Below are positions 58,637 to 64,000 of a stretch of 64,000 nucleotides of DNA, in pieces. Position numbers and translations under genes: made by a program. This stretch comes from Hemiscyllium ocellatum (taxonomy: Eukaryota): assembly GCF_020745735.1 (NCBI RefSeq), contig NC_083428.1, forward strand, positions 21,328,001-21,392,000. The letters run 5' to 3'. The notes beneath the pieces were generated by a model. The model was not told the DNA's origin, did not search any database, and saw only the letters and a list, made by a program, of their open reading frames with translations. How positions within the stretch are numbered: position 1 is the stretch's first letter; each line of letters starts with the position of its first letter.

Positions 58637-60610
58637 CGTATCTAGTAATAAATAATGTGCTTTATTTTTAAATTCACAAGTTTGCCTGCTGCTGGAAATT
58701 AATTCAATTAGGACAAGTTATCATGATAGTAAGAAAATACACACACTTCACACATAAATACTTTTTGATCATGAACTATGAAGCAAATAAATTCTGAGCA
58801 TGACATTGGACTTGGCTCTTTGGAAGCTGGTAAATCTCTGGTGCAATAACTCAATGATTGTAATTATCCTGAATTGTGGATCACAGTGCAATCCAATCTT
58901 AATCCAATATCTGTGCCTTTCCTCTGATGCTAATGGACAGTGATTAGGAAATGAAACCTTGATGATTTTACTTGGTCGTAACTGAGAGATCATGAGATCA
59001 ATGGTTGCCTCCCATTTTGATCAAGCAGAGATCAGTTAATTCAATTCAAAACAAAGATTGCCTTTTCATTGTATTTAAGCCAGAATTACTAATGCTGAAT
59101 TGTGATTAGTGTGCTCTCCCCATCCAAATATGACATTTATACATATATGCAGGAATGTTTGAACTTGTCTGTTCTTGACTGAAGTCAGTGTCAGAGTTTT
59201 ATCATTCACATTCTACCCCTTCTAATTGTGCGAGAGAGATAGCCAGTCGGAAAAAAAGCAATTTGGATATATTCTGTTGTGTCACTGATTCCAGTTGTTT
59301 TCTCCCTGGTAGGTGGTGTGGGGAGACATTGATGGTGTGGTTGTTGGGATAGGGTATAAAGCCTCTCCCATATGCTCCTGTTAAGGATTTGGAAGTTAAG
59401 GAAACTTATGTTTCTCGTCACCTGCACGCTATAAGTGATGAATGCTGGAGCTGCCTATTATTATCTCTCATCAATGAGGGAGCCCTCAAGTTGATTTTGC
59501 AGTGTCTGTTCATAGGGCCCACTAGTGTGACTTAAGAGAAAGGTTTCCTTAAACCAGGCATCATTTTACTGCTGTGGAAGGAGCCTGAGGCATGCTATTG
59601 CCATAAACATCCCCAAAATTGGTTCAATCCCAAGAATACACCCAGCTCTGCTTTGTAAATGGCACTGCCAACAATGAATCTCCAGGGTAAACCGAAATTC
59701 AGAGCTGTGCCAAAATAGGATGGCATAGCAACAACAATAGACCTGCATAGCTTCAGATTGCATCATGTGACCAGACTATCAGTGACTGAAGCAGTGATGT
59801 TGTGTACCCTCCAATATAAGAAGTCACTCAGATATTATTTCTGAAATCAAATTTAATAAAACAGAGTTCCTGAGATAAGTAATTTGCTTCTCTCTCCATT
59901 CCACATAGACTGAAGCAAAAACAAATAAAATTGTAGTATACTCTTAAATAATCACTTGTGACCTTTATTTGAAATCGATGAAGACAGTGACACCAGCAAT
60001 CTAATTTACAGCATAACTAATGAAACAGATTGAGCAAAAAATTGTTGTACTGCAGACATTTTTTGGTACGTTTCAAATTGCAGTTGATTTTTAAAAAATG
60101 ATTGACTTCTGATACCTGATTCACGTGACTCACGTTAGCTAGTCTGTCTTTCTAACTTCAAGAGAATTTCAAGGTTGGATTAAGGTTATTGCAACTCCTT
60201 AAGAATTGGCCCTAATATTGATATTTCTGGTCAGATGAATACTGAATATTCAGCAGGATCCAGGTGCCTCCCAATTCTGCAAAACTACTCATATTATAGT
60301 TATATTTGTCAGAGAGTTTGTCCTGTGGAATGTTTGGTGTCCAGATATAACCACTGGCAGTAGAACTAAGCAAAATTGCCATTTGAGAATTTTATAATCA
60401 TAAATAGCACAGAATGAGGCCATTTGACCTATCATGTTTGTGTCAGCTCTTTGAAAGAGATAACCAGTGAGTCCCACTCCCTTGCTCTTTGCCTGTTGCC
60501 CCCTGTGATTTTCTCAAGTGGTTATCCAATTCCCTTATCGAATCTCATTCAACTCCAGCATGCCTTCGTTCAGGGCATTCCCTACTGAGGGAATTTTGAA
60601 ACTCAGGGCA

Positions 60611-61740
60611 TTTCGTCCCCTGTCTAGGTGACATCCTCAGTGCTTGGGAGCCTCCTGTGAAGCGCTTCTGTGATGTTTCCTCTGACATTTATACTGGTTT
60701 GTGTCTGCCGCTTCCGGTTGTCAGTTCCAGCTGTCTGCTGCAGTGGCCGGTATATTGAGTCCAGGTTTGTTGTGTGTTTGTTGATAGAATCTGTGGATGA
60801 GTGCCATACCTCTAGGAATTCTTTGGCTGTTCTCTGTTTGGCTTGTCCTATAGTAGTAGTGTTGTCCCAGTCGAAGTCATGTTGCTTGTCATCTGTGTGT
60901 GTGGTTACTAAGGATAGCTGGTCGTGTCGTTTCGTGGCTAGTTGGTGTTCATGGATACGGATCGTTAGCTGTCTTCCTGTTTGTCCGATGTAGTGTTTTG
61001 TGCAGTCCTTGTATAGGATTTTGTACACTACATTGGTTTTGCTCATGCTGGGTATCGGGTCCTTTGTCCTGGTGAGTTGTCTGAGAGTGGCTGTTGGTTT
61101 GTGTGCTGTTATGAGTCCTAGTGGTCGCAGTAGTCTGGCTGTCAGTTCGGAAATGTTCTTGATGTATGGTAGTGTGGCTAGTCCTTTGGGTTGTGGCATA
61201 TCCTCATTCCGTTGTCTTTCCCTTAGGACCCGATACCCAGCATGAGCAAAACCAACGTAGTGTACAAAATCCCATGCAAGGACTGCACAAAAAATTACAT
61301 AGGACAAACAGGAAGACAGCTAACGACCCACATCCATGAACACCAACTAGCCACAAAACAACACGACCAGCTATCCTTAGTAGCCACACACGCGGATGAC
61401 AAGCAACATGAGTTTGACTGGGACAACATTACTATTATAGGACAAACAGAGAACAGCCAGGGAATTCCTAGAGACATGGCACTCATTCACAGATTCTATC
61501 AACAAATACATCGACCTGGACCCAATATACCGGCCACTGCAGCGGACAGCTGGAACTGACAACCGGAAGCGGCAGAGACAAACCACTACAAATGCCGGAG
61601 GAAACATCACAGAATCGCTTCACAGGAGGCTCCCAAGCACTAAGGATCTCACCTAGACAGAGGACGAAACGTCTGCAACACGAATTCCCAGCTTGGCAAA
61701 CAGAACCACAACAACGAGCACCCGAGCTACAAATCTTCTC
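60611..61740. mobile_element. Penelope-like element 3' region (GIY-YIG) as an inverted pair: 60611-61224(-) and 61225-61740(+)
   Basis: TLPYIKNISE...NVVYKI.CKDCTK.YIGQTGRQL..RIHEH (GIY-YIG) in both orientations; junction at ccctt|aggacccg. Confidence 0.92.
61637..61676 (+). ncRNA. Minimal hammerhead motif, core mutated (CTAAGGA); partner at 60611-60643(-) has CTGAGGA
   Basis: GCA-CTAAGGA-...-GAC-GAAA-CG-TC-TGC; stem I GCA/TGC, ACGT palindrome. Confidence 0.65.
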
Positions 61741-61856
61741 ACACACTAAGGATAGGCTTTCAAATCCTGCCCTCACTAGCAATGTTCACATCCAATGAAT
61801 GTGCATAAAAGAAAATTTAAATGTTGTTGGAAACCACAAGTTGAAGAACTGTGGAA

Positions 61857-61950
61857 CAGAGCTGAAAATGTGTTGCTGGAAAAGTGCAGCAGGTCAGGCA
61901 GCATCCAAGGAGTGGGAGAAGCGATGTTTCAGGCATGAGCCCTTCGTCAG
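61857..61950 (-). mobile_element. Penelope-derived tail with hammerhead-like motif
   Basis: - strand CTGACGA-A-GGGC-TCAT-GCCT-GAAA-CA-TC; same family as 27855-27945. Confidence 0.65.
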
Positions 61951-62304
61951 CATGGCTTGGAAAGGGTGAATGCTAGGAAATTTTTTCCTTTAGGCGAGGA
62001 GACTAGGACCTGTGGACACAGCCTGAGAATTAGAGGGGGTAAATTCAGAACAGAAATGCGGAGACACTTCTTCAGCCAGAGAGTGGTGGGCCTGTGGAAT
62101 TCAGTGCCACAGAGTGCAGTGGAGGCCGGGACGCTAAATGTCTTCAAGGCAGAGATTGATAAATTCTTGATGTCACAAGGAATTAAGGGCTACAGGAAGA
62201 ATGTGGGTAAGTAGAGTTGAAATGCCCATCAGTCATGATTGAATGGTGGAGTGGACTCGATGGGCTGAATGGCCTTACTTCCACTCCTATGTCTTATGGT
62301 CTTA
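61951..62304 (+). mobile_element. CR1-type LINE 3' end
   Basis: ETRTCGHSLRIRGGKFRTEMRRHFFSQRVVGLWNSVP...FKAEIDKFL. Confidence 0.9.
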
Positions 62305-63305
62305 TTTTAATTTTGCAGTGATTAGTTGTGATGGGGTTCAAGATGCCTGATAGTGCAATTACTTATTGTGCAAATATCTGACTATAGTTACTATCCAGGT
62401 GCAGCAAGCTAAAGTGGAAATTACTGAATGCATGAGAAGACTTGATCATTTTATATAACTACATTTGTTATTGATGCTTAGTAGGGAACAACAGTAGTGA
62501 GCATTTACACTCTTAACCTTTGATATTGGCAGAGGTTCAAAGAATTATTGTGGCTTAACCAACAATATACTTGGTTTTGTACTGTAACTTAAACAAACCT
62601 GAAGGTTTGCAAAGAAATGCGCTCTCCAGCTTCGCTCTTTTTAAGAATGCATGTACATTCATTCGGCACATTTAGTCAAATGAATTCTGGCAGCTTTCTA
62701 ATCACGCATGTACATAGTTATTTGTTAATACTGTATTGGGATCCATAGAGTGAATGCTGTTCGGCCAATTGCCTGCAGGAGGCACCACAACTGCATCTGC
62801 CACTAGCCAATATACATATGCTTTGAATTCACAGCAAATTTTGTCAACAGCTATCAGCACTGAGAATGTCGCCAGATCTTATCCTATCCTTTTGAGGGCT
62901 CGTAGCATGAGTTGAATAAAATCCTAACAGAGATCAATTAAACTTAGCCCATGGTTTTGGAGGTGGAGACCTACATAGATAAGCGCCTCACAGGATGGTG
63001 AGTTTAATCTACTCATCTGTTATGGAAAGATTGGAATTTTTTGGGAACTACTTTTTAATAGATTAATGTGTGATAGTTACATTTCATCACTCACAATAAG
63101 TCAATTCCTGTTTCATAGAACATAAGTATCTAAATAAAGCTTGAGGCAGTTTAATCAAATTCAATTTGCCTATAATATGTTATACAACTTGACATAGTAT
63201 AACTATAAGTTGTTTTTGTTCTAGTGCAAGAGAAAATGACAATTTATTATTTGCCGTATAAACCTCATTCATCAATGGATACTTGTATTGGCTTCATTTT
63301 CTTAT

Positions 63306-64000
63306 TCAACACCCTTCTTCCAGTAGAATCTGTAGCCCCCATACTGCTTGAAACACTGAGTCAGGGGTAGCGAATGCAAAGTACTGGCAGCAAAGCCAGT
63401 CTTCCAGTTTTACTGGCTTCTCATCATTTAGAAACCTTTCCCCGTAATCCAGCATCAGCAAAATACGTTTCACATCCAACCAGTTTTTCAGCAACAGAGG
63501 TGGGTCTTTCAGTCCAGTGTTCAGACTGAACACATTCTGGTCTGGACCCCAGAGTAAGGCCTGTAAGATGTGTTTTGCTTCACTGATATGTATTCTTTTA
63601 TTAGGATCTGCACACAAGAGTAAATGGGCAAGATGTTGAAGCCTTTCAGAATAAACAGATAACAGGCGAATCTGAGGCAGGTCTCCTGTACTGTATTCTT
63701 CATAATGCTTTTGGCTTGAAATGCTCTCAATAGGGTTTGACATGTGCAGCACCTCATAGATCAAAATGCCCAACTGAAACTCATCAACCTTTTTGTACTG
63801 GGATGCAGACATCATTTCGGGTGCTAACCGAACCTGGTCTGGGTGCAGTTTTTGATCAATCGCTGTACTCTTTTGCTTAGCTTTGGAGAAGTTGCTGATG
63901 ATAAGTCTCAGCAGCTGAGGATTAGTACTTTGTTTTTTGCCTCCTGGCTCAGCCACTTTAACCAACAGCAGGTTTTCCAGACGGAGGTCACAATGCGTAA
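63306..64000 (-). CDS. PEAK3: PEAK-family pseudokinase, C-terminal part of last exon (5' partial); probably PEAK3/C19orf35 orthologue
   Basis: Frame open to the window edge: THCDLRLENLLLV...RLIISNFSKAKQKS...RLAPE..SASQYKKVDEFQLGILIYEVLH...LLWGP...NWLDVKR..LM...LEDWLCCQYFAFAT, the hallmark PEAK1/PRAG1/PEAK3 kinase C-lobe and SHED helices. Family call is firm; the PEAK3 symbol rests on convergent adjacency to OAZ1 as in human 19p13.3. Confidence 0.8.
   Translation of the reverse strand, partial: THCDLRLENLLLVKVAEPGGKKQSTNPQLLRLIISNFSKAKQKSTAIDQKLHPDQVRLAPEMMSASQYKKVDEFQLGILIYEVLHMSNPIESISSQKHYEEYSTGDLPQIRLLSVYSERLQHLAHLLLCADPNKRIHISEAKHILQALLWGPDQNVFSLNTGLKDPPLLLKNWLDVKRILLMLDYGERFLNDEKPVKLEDWLCCQYFAFATPDSVFQAVWGLQILLEEGC

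Noticed and set aside
59200-59800. Possible old L2/CR1-group LINE fragment on - strand
   Set aside because: Too degenerate to assign without an alignment
60624-61307. 227-aa ORF as a host gene
   Set aside because: Penelope endonuclease region; its N-terminus is antisense of the inverted arm

Overview
AT-rich, CpG-depleted, repeat-dense vertebrate DNA. The repeat set (HE1/V-SINEs, CR1/HER1-type LINEs, DeuSINE-like tails, Penelope-like elements) points to an elasmobranch (shark). Two host genes are supported. (1) A complete 5-exon ornithine decarboxylase antizyme 1 gene (OAZ1, + strand, ATG 20508 to TAA 26843) with CpG-island/TATA promoter, the programmed +1 frameshift site TCC-TGA-T (21916-21922) and an intact downstream pseudoknot; the ORF track misses it. 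(2) The last coding exon of a PEAK-family pseudokinase (- strand, 63306 to the window end), tail-to-tail with OAZ1 and therefore probably PEAK3. The rest is mostly transposon relics: CR1 LINEs, HE1 SINEs, a Tx1-like LINE, a decayed GalEa-like Copia element with a tRNAi-Met primer site, nested solo LTRs, two Tigger-like MITEs and several Penelope-like elements. Most unusual: minimal hammerhead-ribozyme motifs in Penelope-derived repeats (two with intact cores, 3 and 10 kb downstream of OAZ1); an antisense ~125-nt copy of the OAZ1 stop-codon region patched into a deletion in a LINE 7 kb downstream; a near-perfect 139-bp inverted repeat; and a ~95-bp fold-back insertion with an 11-bp target-site duplication. 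Repeat boundaries are read by eye and approximate; family names come from recalled consensus motifs, not database searches.
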